A stretch of 64,000 nt of DNA from contig CAWFAJ010000001.1 in NCBI GenBank assembly GCA_963813785.1, positions 22,627 through 86,626 on the forward strand. Reading direction: 5' to 3'. This DNA comes from an uncultured delta proteobacterium. Its GTDB lineage: Bacteria; Desulfobacterota; Binatia; Binatales; Binataceae. This document shows, one piece after another, positions 36,852 to 46,428 of the stretch. The notes beneath the pieces are model-generated. The model ran no database searches, was not told where the DNA came from, and saw only the letters and a list, made by a program, of their open reading frames with translations. Position 1 is the first letter of the stretch; the number at the start of each line of letters is the position of its first letter. A program made the translations under genes and the position numbers.

Positions 36852-38769
36852 ATGAATTGCGAATCCGTCAAGCGCGAGCATGGACCTGAACGCCGCGGCG
36901 GCCAGGGCCTCGATCCGCATCAGTATGATTCCGGCGACGCGACGATCCTCGCGCTGCTCGCCGAGACTCCGGCGGCCGATCACGTCGATCTCGTGATCAC
37001 CTGGCGCGCCGGCGCGTACGAAGTGTGGTCGCGGCGCGGGATGATTCGATACAAACGCTTTGCCGATGAACGCGGCGCGCTGTCATTCGAAGTCGTCGAG
37101 CAAATCGGCCGCAACCCGATCGCAAACCAGGACCCATTCATCGTCTCCACTATCGACGAGGAACTCGACGCCGCCGCCCGCAGCGGCAATCGCACCGACG
37201 ATCCAAATCGCGCCTGGTTCGAACCCCAGCGTCCTCAGCCATCCCTACGCGTACGAGCGAATCGCCCAGCTCTTCGACAGTCCGCGCGCTCCCGATATCG
37301 TCCTCAGCCCGAAAGCCTACGCCTATGGAATCCAGCCGGGGCAGCATGGCGCGCTCGACGTGGTGCAATCCCGCGCGCCGCTGGTGTTCAGCGGTCCGGG
37401 CGTGCGCCGTGGACTGTTCAAGCTGGGGGCGCGCCAGGTCGATATCGCGCCGACGATCGCGCGCCTGATGCGATTTCCGAAAATCGCCGGCCGCGACGCC
37501 TCGGGCTCGCCTGCCGAGGTTTACCTCAAGCGCCAGGACGGCAAGCCGCTCGAGGAAATTATCGACGATGACGCCGCGCGCCCAACCAGTGTCTACCTGT
37601 TCCTGCTCGACGGCCTGTCGCATTCGGAGCTGCGCCATCAGCTCGATAACAATCCTGGCGCGATTCCAAATATCGCCGGCCTGGTCGGGCGGGGCGCGAT
37701 GCTCTCGCACGGATCGATCGTCAATTTCCCGAGCATCACGTGGCCCAGCCATTCCACGATTCTCACCGGTGCATGGTGCGGGCATCACGACGTCGTCAAT
37801 CCCACTTTCCACCTGCGCGAGCATCGCGAGACCGTGCCGATCCAGGGCAACATCTTCGAGACCGAGCGTTTTCTGAGCCCCGGCGTCGAGACTCTCTACG
37901 AGGCCTTCAAGCGCGCCGCTGGTCCGGGTGCGATCACCGCCTCGATCCATGAACCGCAGGGACGCGGCGCCGATCACGCGGTGTTCGAGCGGCGGATCGT
38001 CGGCGACAAGGCGCGCCTCAAGGCGCTTACCGCCGAGATGTCGTACGACGTAAGCCCGCGATGGGCGGCGGACAATATGCCCACGATGATTCGCGAAGAG
38101 ATCGTGGACATCCGCGGCATGGCGCAAGCGATCAACCTCTTCGAACATTGCGGCGGCGACGCTCCCGTGTTCGTCGCGCACGAATTTGTGATCACCGATG
38201 GCGCGGGCCACGACTACGGACCCCATCACGAGGGGCTGCGCGAGGCGCTCCATCGCACCGACAAACGAATCGGCGCGGTGCTCGAGTTGTTCCGCGCGCG
38301 CGGCTTGCTCGAATCCACGCTCTTCATCGTCACCTCCGACCACGGGATGGCGGCGCAGCGCGTCGAACTCAAGGCCAACCCGGCGCGCGAGCCGGAGCGG
38401 GCGGGAATCCAGGGCGTGTTTGCCGAGCCGATGATCTATCTGCGCGATCTGCGAGTCGAGATCGAGCGCGCGCGCGATCTCCGCACCGTCGCGGTCACCG
38501 TGATGGACAACGACTACCTGCCCGACGGCGAGCATCCGCCGATTGCCGGCGCGCGCGTCACGTTGCATGGCCGTGGCGGCGCTATCATGGCGGATTCGCG
38601 AACGCCGGAGAGCGGGCGGGTTGCGTTTGCGACGCCCGCGGACGCCTCCGACGCCGAGCTGACGGTGAGCGTCGAGCGCGATGGGTTCAACCGGCGCGTG
38701 ATCCGCGCCGATGGTGCTTCGATCGGCAAAGACATTCGGCAAATCCTCTACGCGAATCTGAATTCATAA
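36852..38769 (+). pseudogene. Alkaline-phosphatase-superfamily (nucleotide pyrophosphatase/phosphodiesterase-like) protein, frameshifted in a C4 run
   Basis: ORF 36852.. reads ...NRTDDPNRAWFEP. ORF 37060..38769 continues SVLSHPYAYERIAQLF... and carries FLLDGLSHSEL, FPSITWPSHSTILTG, ITDGAGHDYGPHH and VTSDHGM metal-site motifs. Removing one C from CCCC (37224-37227) joins the two frames. Confidence 0.75.
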
Positions 38770-38771
38770 GA

Positions 38772-39560
38772 ATGATGCGCGACCACAACCTCGACGGAAA
38801 AATTGCGATCGTGACGGGCGGCACGCGCGGACTCGGCCGCGCCATCTCGCTTAAGCTGGCGCGGATGGGCGCGACCGTCGCGATGAACTACCGCCGCGAC
38901 GAAGCGAGCGCCGCGCAAACGCTCGACGAGGTCCGTGCGATCGCGCCGCGCTCGATGCTCGTCAAGGCCGACCTCGAGCACGAGTCGCAGGTGCGCGCGA
39001 TGGTGACGCGCGCCGTCTCGGAGCTGGGCGGCCTCGACATTTTGATCGCGAACGCGGCCGCAACCGCATTCAAGCCGCTGCTCGAAACCAAGCCGCACAA
39101 TCTCGCCCGCACCTTTGCGCTGAGCGTCAACGGATTCGTCGCCGCGGTTCAGGAGGCGAGCCGGGTGATGGGCGAGGGCGGGCGCGTGCTGATGATTTCG
39201 GGGATCGATTCGATTCGCAACCTGCCCGGCCACGGTGTGCTTGGCGCCGCCAAGGCCGCGCTCGAGAGCATGGTGCGCGACTTCGCCTTCGAGCTCGGCC
39301 CGCGCGGTATCACGGTCAACGGCCTCAACGTCGGTTACATCGACACCGACTCGGCGCGCTTCTACACGAACTACCTCGGCGACAACTACGAAGACTTCCA
39401 GCGCCGATGCGCCGAACGATCCGCGCTGAAGCGGCTGCCGACGCTCGACGAGATCGCCGCCGTCGCGTGCCTGATCTGCCTGCCCGCGGCGAGCTACCTG
39501 ACCGCGCAGACCATCATGGTCGATGGCGGCTTTACGCTGAGCTTCCCCGGCGTCAAGTGA
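38772..39560 (+). CDS. SDR family oxidoreductase
   Basis: Starts MMRDHNLDGKIAIVTGGTRGLGRAI. NAA motif (IANAAA), an atypical catalytic region (GVLGAAKAAL) and MVDGGF at the C-terminus. Confidence 0.9.
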   Translation: MMRDHNLDGKIAIVTGGTRGLGRAISLKLARMGATVAMNYRRDEASAAQTLDEVRAIAPRSMLVKADLEHESQVRAMVTRAVSELGGLDILIANAAATAFKPLLETKPHNLARTFALSVNGFVAAVQEASRVMGEGGRVLMISGIDSIRNLPGHGVLGAAKAALESMVRDFAFELGPRGITVNGLNVGYIDTDSARFYTNYLGDNYEDFQRRCAERSALKRLPTLDEIAAVACLICLPAASYLTAQTIMVDGGFTLSFPGVK

Positions 39561-39616
39561 TTGCGCCTAGAGATGGGCATACGAGTCGTGAATCCGAAAT
39601 CAGAGGATACTTCGGC

Positions 39617-40300
39617 ATGCGTACGGCAGTACTTGCGCTAACTTTCATCGCGTGGATCGTGTTCGGTTCAGGCCAGTCCATAGCCGACGACTCCGACTGG
39701 TGGTCGCTGATCAGACAGGTGGGGCAGGAAGGAGGATGTTCGAAGCCAAGCAAAGAGAAACCCAACGGGGCGAACTTCGTTATTGCGGGCGTGAATTTGC
39801 GACATGAGGACCCTATCCGCGATGCTGAGGAAAAGGTTGCGAAAGCATCGGCGATAAGCGAGCGCGGAGACGCTGCCAGCGGTCGTAGGCAGATATGTTT
39901 CAAATCAGAATCGGAAAGCGGCCGGTTTAAACTGATTTTTGAAGAAGGGGAAATAGCTTCCGTAGCATATTTGATCGACGGAGGGCCGAACTGGTCCGAG
40001 TCAGAAAAGTGCGTCGTGTCGCCGAAGATTTCAGGCAATCTTGCCACAGAGAGTGGATTGCGTCTCGGGATGACCGCCACTGAGGCAGAAAAAATTTTGG
40101 GCAAGCCGTGCATCCAGTCGAACGATGGTATCGAGTACGATTTTGACTACCAGTATTTGCTGCCTTTGGAAGAGCGACCACGATTCAAGGACAGCGAATT
40201 CGATCCCGACGAGCCCTTCGACTGGTTCGGTACGATTAAGGTCAAATTCCGCGAAGCAAAGGCCTACTATATCGCGATATTGACTGGCGAGACTCAGTAA
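39617..40300 (+). CDS. Hypothetical secreted protein in a low-GC islet
   Basis: Start at MRTAVLALTFIAWIVFGSGQSIA (signal peptide). No recognised domain. Codon and GC usage are visibly lower than in neighbouring genes. Confidence 0.55.
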   Translation: MRTAVLALTFIAWIVFGSGQSIADDSDWWSLIRQVGQEGGCSKPSKEKPNGANFVIAGVNLRHEDPIRDAEEKVAKASAISERGDAASGRRQICFKSESESGRFKLIFEEGEIASVAYLIDGGPNWSESEKCVVSPKISGNLATESGLRLGMTATEAEKILGKPCIQSNDGIEYDFDYQYLLPLEERPRFKDSEFDPDEPFDWFGTIKVKFREAKAYYIAILTGETQ

Positions 40301-40520
40301 CCAAACTCAATTTGCGCGCTGACCCTGGGAGAACTGCGAGCGCTGCGACGAACAGGGCCGGCATCGCGTAGTAGATCGGCGCGGGGTGAACGGAGCGCCC
40401 TCCAGCCGGCCTCGGTACCACCCCGGATTTTGGGGATGAACCATTCAGCCTGCCCCCGCCGCAGTTGGCGTGCTATGCATACGCTATGGTCAGCCGCCAG
40501 GATTCCCCGTACTCGCATCG

Positions 40521-40566
40521 CTCGCCCAAACTTGGGCGAGGCCTGCTCTCGGCGGAAATTTTTTTT
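40521..40566 (+). terminator. Candidate hairpin plus T-run (weak terminator or end of a small RNA)
   Basis: Perfect 8-bp stem CTCGCCCA-AACT-TGGGCGAG (40521-40540), then a run of 8 T at 40559-40566. The 18-nt gap makes it non-canonical. Confidence 0.3.
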
Positions 40567-40709
40567 GTCGGAACAAAGCTAGCCCTGGTGGGCGGCCGTC
40601 CCAAAACCACAACAAATGGTATGAATTGCTGTTTTCAGCTCTATTCGATCAACCGAAAAATCAGAATTGTGCCCGTCGCAGTTTGAACGATAGTCGCGGA
40701 GGTCCTCAA

Positions 40710-41144
40710 ATGGCGCAACAAACTAAGGATTCCGATCGCGCAAGACAGGCCGATCAGGCAAAGCATCACGCAAGGCATCCTGATCACGAGAACTTTTTAG
40801 CCCAGGGCGGATTCGTCGCCGTCGATATCCGCGGCGAAATTGCGCGCCTCAAGCGCGAGCCCGCCTGGGCCAGCGGCGATCGCCACGGCAGCTCGCTGGT
40901 CAAAGGCGACGGAATCAACGTGGCGCTGATGATGCTGAAGAAAGGCGCGAAGCTGCAGCAGCATCACACGCGCGCGCCGATCACCGTGCAGGTGATCGAA
41001 GGCCGAATCAATTTCATCGCCAGCGGCAAAACGCAGCTGGTGACGCCGGGGACGATTGTCGCGCTGGATCGCACAATCGAGCATTCGATCGAGGCGCTCG
41101 AGGAATGCGCGATCGTTCTGACCGTTGGCGGCGAGCAGATGTAA
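40710..41144 (+). CDS. Cupin-domain protein
   Basis: Start at MAQQTKDS, preceded by a GCGGAGG Shine-Dalgarno. Cupin strands LVKGDGINVALMMLKKGAKLQQHHTRAPITVQVIEGRINF...PGTIVALDRTIEHSIEA. Confidence 0.75.
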   Translation: MAQQTKDSDRARQADQAKHHARHPDHENFLAQGGFVAVDIRGEIARLKREPAWASGDRHGSSLVKGDGINVALMMLKKGAKLQQHHTRAPITVQVIEGRINFIASGKTQLVTPGTIVALDRTIEHSIEALEECAIVLTVGGEQM

Positions 41145-41148
41145 GCCG

Positions 41149-41925
41149 ATGGCGCTATACGATCGGATCGGGGTGGGTTACGACACGACCCGGCAAGCCG
41201 ATCCCTACCTGCTCTCGCGATTGATTCATCATCTGCGTCCCCGTGCGAGCGGCCGTTACCTCGACATCGGATCGGGAACCGGGAATTACACGATCGCGAT
41301 GCATCAGGCCGGCGTGCCGATCTGCGGACTCGAACTCTCGGCGACGATGCTCGAGCGGGCGAAGGAGAAAGGCCCGGCGATCGCATGGCACAACGGGCGC
41401 GCCGAGGCGATCCCGTTTGCGTCAGCGAGTTTCGACGGCGCGACCTGCACCTTCGTGCACCATCACATGACGGACCCGATCGCGGCGTTCAAGGAAGTTC
41501 ATCGCGTGCTGAAACCGCACGCGCGCTTCGTGATTCTCAACAACACGGCCGAGCAGTTGCGGCATTACTGGCTGAACGAATATTTTCCGCGCGCGATGGA
41601 AAAGGCGACTGCGCCGTACGAGCGATTCAAGGCGATCGACTTGCTCGAGTCGGCCGGTTTTCGAATCGAGTGCGAAGAAAAATACGAGGTCACGTCAGAT
41701 CTGAAAGATCTTTTTCTCTATTGCGGGAAGCACCAGCCCCAGAGGTATCTCGACGCGCGCATCAGAAGCGGCATCTCGAGTTTCGCGGACGCTCCCGACC
41801 CGGATGAAATCGCGCGTGGAGTGGATCGGCTTGCCGATGACATCGAGTCCGGGCGCATCAACGATGTGATTCGCAGGTTCGCCTACGACGGCGGCGACTA
41901 CATGTTCACCGTCGCCGAGCGGTAG
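41149..41925 (+). CDS. Class I SAM-dependent methyltransferase
   Basis: Motif I YLDIGSGTGNYT, then ICGLELS and FDGATCTFVHHHM. Start taken at MALYDRIG. Confidence 0.85.
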   Translation: MALYDRIGVGYDTTRQADPYLLSRLIHHLRPRASGRYLDIGSGTGNYTIAMHQAGVPICGLELSATMLERAKEKGPAIAWHNGRAEAIPFASASFDGATCTFVHHHMTDPIAAFKEVHRVLKPHARFVILNNTAEQLRHYWLNEYFPRAMEKATAPYERFKAIDLLESAGFRIECEEKYEVTSDLKDLFLYCGKHQPQRYLDARIRSGISSFADAPDPDEIARGVDRLADDIESGRINDVIRRFAYDGGDYMFTVAER

Positions 41926-41945
41926 CGCGCAGCGACGCGCCAATC

Positions 41946-42734
41946 CTACACGCGCGCGCGGATGGCGCCATCCACCGCGATCGATTCTCCGGTCACGAAG
42001 CCGGCCGCAGGCGACACCAGGTAGAGCAGCGCGCCGCCGAGTTCTTCGGGCTTCACGAGGCGATTGTCGGGCAGGTACTTGAGCATAGTCTTGCTGAATT
42101 CGTCGCCCTTGTTGGCCGGACTCGATTCATCGTCGAGCCATCCAGCTTCGATCGCGTTGACGCGGATACCCTTGCGCGCCCATTCGAGCGCGAGTGCGCG
42201 CGTCAGGTTCAGGACTGCGGCCTTCGCCGCGCAGTACAGCGCCGCATTGGCGACGCCGCGTTCCGCCAGCACCGAAGTGATGTTGACGATGACGCCGCCG
42301 CTGCCCTCTCGGAGCATCACGCGTGCGCCTTCCTGGCACGACATCCACACCGTCTTCAGATTGTTCTCCATAATTTTGTCGAACGCCGTGTCACCGTCGG
42401 CTTCTGCCGGTCCGTAAGCGGGGGTGTCGAGCGCGTTGACGAGGATGTGCAATCCGCCGAGCTCCTTCGCGGCGAGGTCGGCGGTGGCCGACAGGTCGGC
42501 GCGCGTCGCCGCGTCCTGCACGCGAATCACCGGCTTGGTCCCGGCCGCATTCACCAGCCTGGCGACTTCCTTGAGTTGCTTGTCGGTGCCGGGTTCCTGC
42601 GAGGCGAGCACGACCCTGGCGCCGGCCTCGGCTAGCGTGACGGCGGCAGCGCGGCCGACGGAATGCTCGGCGCCGACGACCAGCGCGCTTTTGCCTTGGA
42701 GCGAGAAGTCATTCGACGCGTTGGAGGAGGCCAT
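41946..42734 (-). CDS. SDR family oxidoreductase
   Basis: Start at MASSNASNDFSLQGKSALVVGAEH. NITS...YCAAKAAV catalytic motif and VDGAIRARV C-terminus. The upstream 165 codons of the track ORF are Arg-rich junk overlapping the next SDR. Confidence 0.88.
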   Translation of the reverse strand: MASSNASNDFSLQGKSALVVGAEHSVGRAAAVTLAEAGARVVLASQEPGTDKQLKEVARLVNAAGTKPVIRVQDAATRADLSATADLAAKELGGLHILVNALDTPAYGPAEADGDTAFDKIMENNLKTVWMSCQEGARVMLREGSGGVIVNITSVLAERGVANAALYCAAKAAVLNLTRALALEWARKGIRVNAIEAGWLDDESSPANKGDEFSKTMLKYLPDNRLVKPEELGGALLYLVSPAAGFVTGESIAVDGAIRARV

Positions 42735-42754
42735 TTTTTCAGCTCCGCTGGTTT

Positions 42755-43567
42755 TCACTTTTCCACTGCCATCTGGTTCGAACTCTGCGGCGACACTCCG
42801 GTCGGCGCGATTCCGCCCGCCAGTCCGCCGCCGTCGATCGCGATCAGTTCGCCGTTGATATGGTTGGACGCGTCCGAGGCGAGGAACACGGCGAGCGGAC
42901 CGAGTTCGCGGTCCTGGCCGACGCGGCCGAGGGGAATAAACTTGCCGCCCTTGTAAATCTGCATCGCCGCTTCGTTGTGCGGGAAGACGCCCGGCAAGAT
43001 GCAGTTGGTCTGGATGTTGAACTGCGCGTAAGTCAGCGCCATCGATCGCGTCAACTGGATCGTGCCGCCCTTGGCGCACGCGTACATGAAGTTGTGCTTG
43101 CCGCCGCGAAGCCCGTAGCCCGACGCGACGTTGATAATCTTGCCGCGATTCTGCTTGACCATCTGCGGAATTACCGCGCGGCATCCATAGAACTGGCTGC
43201 TCAGGTTGGTGTCGATACCGCGGCGCCATTCGTCGTCGGTAATTTCCGGAAGCTGCACCCCGCGCGCGTTGTCACCGCCGCCGGCGTTGTTAACCAGTAT
43301 GTCGATTTTGCCGAACTGCTTGATGGTGGCGGCGGCGAGCGCGTTGACCTGCGCGGAGACGGTCACGTCGGTCGGCACGATCAGGCATTTGCGGCCGGTC
43401 CTTTTGACCGCGTCGGCGGTTTCATCGAGCTGCGACTGGGTGCGCGCCGCGGCCACGATATCGGCGCCCATTTCCGCCAACTTGACCGCCATCGCGCGGC
43501 CCAGGCCGCGGCCGGCGCCGGTGATGATGGCGACTTTGCCGTCGAGCTTCAGAGAATCGAGAATCAT
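42755..43567 (-). CDS. SDR family oxidoreductase
   Basis: 270 aa. GKVAIITGAGRGLGRA, LVNNAGG, YACAKGG and IAIDGG. Confidence 0.9.
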   Translation of the reverse strand: MILDSLKLDGKVAIITGAGRGLGRAMAVKLAEMGADIVAAARTQSQLDETADAVKRTGRKCLIVPTDVTVSAQVNALAAATIKQFGKIDILVNNAGGGDNARGVQLPEITDDEWRRGIDTNLSSQFYGCRAVIPQMVKQNRGKIINVASGYGLRGGKHNFMYACAKGGTIQLTRSMALTYAQFNIQTNCILPGVFPHNEAAMQIYKGGKFIPLGRVGQDRELGPLAVFLASDASNHINGELIAIDGGGLAGGIAPTGVSPQSSNQMAVEK

Positions 43568-43719
43568 TGGGTCACCTCAATCTAAATCGAGTGCGGCGCT
43601 GCCTGCTAATTAACATAGCCGGGACTTCGCAGAAAATGACCGATAGCATCGGCAGGCGCGCGGCGCTTTTGACGGCGCCTAAGCGCGGGTCCTATATTGG
43701 GCGCAATGGGAGTGGTGCG

Positions 43720-44337
43720 ATGGCGCTGAAGATCGTGATGTTCTCGGACTACATCTGTCCGTTCTGCTACGTCGGCTTCGAAACGATGCGAAAGCTGAAG
43801 CCGGAATTCGATTTCCAGCTCGAATGGCGCGGCTTTCAGATTCATCCCGACTGGCCGGCCGATGGAATTCCGATCGAGAAGGCGCGCGAGACGATCGACC
43901 CCGCGTCGCGAGTTGCGCTCTGGAAGCGGATTAGCGCGATGGCCGAGGCGGTGGGATTTTCGATGAAGCCGCCGTCCGTGCTGACCAACTCGCGCGCCGC
44001 GCTGGCGGCAACGGAGTTTGCGCGCGAGTCGGGCCGCGACGAAGCGCTCGAAGCGCGAATCTACCGGGCGTATTTCAATGAAGGCGTGAACATCGGCGAC
44101 GCGGAGACCGTCGCGCGGCTGGCGGCAGAAGCGGGACTGGACTCCGGCGAGGTGGCGGACGCGATAAAATCGCCCAGGTACGAGATGAGGCTGAAGAATA
44201 ATTCGCTGGCGGCGCATCAGCGCGGCGTCAGCGGAGTGCCGACGTTTTTTATCGGCGAATTTCCGCTGGTGGGGGCGCAGAGCCTCGACGCGACGCGCGC
44301 GATACTCAAACGCGCGACCGAGAGATTCGCGAACTGA
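43720..44337 (+). CDS. DsbA/FrnE-like thioredoxin-fold oxidoreductase
   Basis: Start at MALKIVMFSDYICPFCY (CPFC active site). GVSGVPTFFIG near the C-terminus. Confidence 0.85.
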   Translation: MALKIVMFSDYICPFCYVGFETMRKLKPEFDFQLEWRGFQIHPDWPADGIPIEKARETIDPASRVALWKRISAMAEAVGFSMKPPSVLTNSRAALAATEFARESGRDEALEARIYRAYFNEGVNIGDAETVARLAAEAGLDSGEVADAIKSPRYEMRLKNNSLAAHQRGVSGVPTFFIGEFPLVGAQSLDATRAILKRATERFAN

Positions 44338-44348
44338 CGCCGATGAAT

Positions 44349-44474
44349 GTGAAACCCGCCATGGGTTTCACGCTTCCTTCGGCAGGGGTGACCCCTGCAC
44401 TCAGTAGTAAGAGCAGTGGCCGCGCGCGACAACGGAGCGCGGCCTTAACATTGGGTGCAGGGGTCAGCCCCTGC
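44349..44474. repeat. Mosaic REP/BIME-like repeat locus E
   Basis: GTGAAACCCGCCATGGGTTTCAC (44349-44371), GCAGGGGTGACCCCTGC (44382-44398), GGCCGCGCGCGACAACGGAGCGCGGCC (44418-44444) and GCAGGGGTCAGCCCCTGC (44457-44474). Confidence 0.85.
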
Positions 44475-45159
44475 CGAGGTAAAGGCCGCGGCCCATCAAG
44501 CCCTCGGCGTCGTAGCGCACATCCATGCTCGCGGACTCGAACGCGCGGGTCATCTCATCGCGGGTGAACAAGCCGAGTTCGAGCCGCTCGCTGTAATGCT
44601 CGATGCCGCCGGGCCGGCTCCTGAGATAGTGCAGGAGCAGCACGGACAGGTTGCCCTGCTGGCTGCTGTGACTCATGCGGCAGACCTTGTCGGCGCCGAT
44701 TTCGCCGGCGTGGATGAAGCTCGCGCCGGGTTTCCAATCATCCGGGGTAAGCCAGGGCTCGACGATCAGCACGCCGCCGGGCTTTACGTGGCGCGCCATG
44801 GATGCGATCGCGCGATGCATGCGGTCGGCGGTGCGCACGTAGCCGATCGCGCTGAACAGGCAGGTCACCACGTCGTAAGCCGCCGCCAAATCGAAGTCGA
44901 TCATGTCGGCGCGGGTATAGCGGCCGGCGGGATTCTTCACGCGGGCGGCGCGCAGATAGTCTTCGTTGAGATCGACGCCGTCGATCGCGAAGTGCTCTTT
45001 CAGAAATTTTGCGTGCTCGCCGGTGCCGCAGGCGACGTCGAGAATCGTGCGCGCACCCGCCGCCGCATCGGCGATCAAAGCGCGCAGACGCTCGCATTCG
45101 CGGGCGTAGTTCTTGAAGTGATAGATGGCGTCGTAGAGCTCGGAACTTTCCAGGAACAT
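44464..45159 (-). CDS. Class I SAM-dependent methyltransferase (TylM1/DesVI-like fold)
   Basis: 231 aa. ELYDAIYHFKNY, ILDVACGTGEH, VVTCLFSAIGYV and PGGVLIVEPW. The stop codon lies inside a repeat palindrome. Confidence 0.85.
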   Translation of the reverse strand: MFLESSELYDAIYHFKNYARECERLRALIADAAAGARTILDVACGTGEHAKFLKEHFAIDGVDLNEDYLRAARVKNPAGRYTRADMIDFDLAAAYDVVTCLFSAIGYVRTADRMHRAIASMARHVKPGGVLIVEPWLTPDDWKPGASFIHAGEIGADKVCRMSHSSQQGNLSVLLLHYLRSRPGGIEHYSERLELGLFTRDEMTRAFESASMDVRYDAEGLMGRGLYLGRG

Positions 45160-45253
45160 CCATCCAGCCTAGCGATTGTGCGCGGCGGATTCACCGGGAG
45201 CGGTTGCGCGACTCGCGCCGCGGCGGGCCGGGTGTGGTAAGAATCATGGAGGC

Positions 45254-45493
45254 ATGGAAGCGCGCGGCAAAGCGGTTGCGGTTCGCCTCGACCTGCGAGG
45301 CGTCAAGTGTCCGCTCAACTGGGCGCGGGCGAAGGTGCGGCTGGAGCAGATGGAGCGCGGCGAGGTGCTCGAACTGACGCTCGACGATCCGCGCGGCGCT
45401 CGCGACATTCCCGGTGCGGCAGAGGCGGAGGGTTACGCGGTGCTTGAATCGGCGGCGCGCGACGGCATCTTCCATCTGCGGATCGAGAGATAG
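45254..45493 (+). CDS. TusA/SirA-family sulfurtransferase-like protein
   Basis: 79 aa from ATG 45254. LDLRGVKCPLNWARAK carries the conserved Cys-Pro, and the size is typical of the family. Confidence 0.8.
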   Translation: MEARGKAVAVRLDLRGVKCPLNWARAKVRLEQMERGEVLELTLDDPRGARDIPGAAEAEGYAVLESAARDGIFHLRIER

Positions 45494-45576
45494 CTTTTTC
45501 ACTTTTTCGCTCTTTCACTCGCTCGCGCGGCGGATCGGTTTGCACTGCGCGAACCTTCGCGTTAGAAATCACGCCG

Positions 45577-46419
45577 ATGCGCGTCAACATTGGCGACGTT
45601 CGCCTGTTCTTCGACGTTGAAGGCGCGAAGCTGCGTCCCGACGGCGCGAAGATGCGCGAGGCGCCGACGATCGTCCTGCTGCACGGCGGCCCCGGCTTCG
45701 ATCATTCGAACTTCAAGCCCGACTTCTCGCCGATGGCGGAGATCGCGCAGGTCGTATATCTCGACCATCGCGGCAACGGCCGCAGCGATCGCGGCGATCG
45801 GTCGAAATGGAATCTGGCGCAATGGGGCGACGACGTGCGTTCGTTTTGCGAGGCGTTGGAGATCGAGCGGCCGATCGTGATGGGCGTGTCGTTCGGCGGC
45901 ATGGTTGCGATGTCGTACGCTACCCGCCATCCGGAGCATCCCGGCAAGCTGGTGCTGAGCAGCACGGCGGCGGTAAGCCGGCAGGATCGGTCGCTCGAGA
46001 TGTTCGAGCGGCTGGGCGGTGCGGAAGTGCGCGAAGCGGCGCGGCGATTTTTCGAGAATCCCGTGGCGGAAACGATGGCCGACTATCAGAAAAAGTGTAT
46101 GCCCCTGTACAACCGGACTCCGTCGGGCCCCGAGTCCGTGCTGCGGTCGGTGATGAACCTGGAGTTGATGGGCGATTTTTTCAAGCGGGAATCGCACACC
46201 TTCAACTTTCTGCCCGACCTTGGGCGGATAAAATGCCCGACGCTGATCGCGGCGGGCGAACTCGATCCGATCCTGCCGGTTGCCGACTCGAAGGATATCG
46301 CCGCGGCAATGGCGCCGGGCGTGGCGAAGCTCGAAGTGTTCGAGAATGCCGGCCACGGGGCGCATCGCGACCAGCCGGATCGTTTCTTCAAAGTCCTGAG
46401 CGAATTCATCCTGGCGTGA
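45577..46419 (+). CDS. Alpha/beta hydrolase (proline iminopeptidase-like)
   Basis: 280 aa. LLHGGPG, nucleophile elbow GVSFGG and C-terminal GHGAH. Confidence 0.88.
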   Translation: MRVNIGDVRLFFDVEGAKLRPDGAKMREAPTIVLLHGGPGFDHSNFKPDFSPMAEIAQVVYLDHRGNGRSDRGDRSKWNLAQWGDDVRSFCEALEIERPIVMGVSFGGMVAMSYATRHPEHPGKLVLSSTAAVSRQDRSLEMFERLGGAEVREAARRFFENPVAETMADYQKKCMPLYNRTPSGPESVLRSVMNLELMGDFFKRESHTFNFLPDLGRIKCPTLIAAGELDPILPVADSKDIAAAMAPGVAKLEVFENAGHGAHRDQPDRFFKVLSEFILA

Positions 46420-46428
46420 AGGAGAGCG

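Noticed and set aside
38061-39560. 499-aa ORF as one protein.
   Set aside because: Its first 237 codons overlap the phosphatase-superfamily gene in another frame and are Arg-rich. The SDR begins at ATG 38772 with the TGGxxGxG Rossmann motif.
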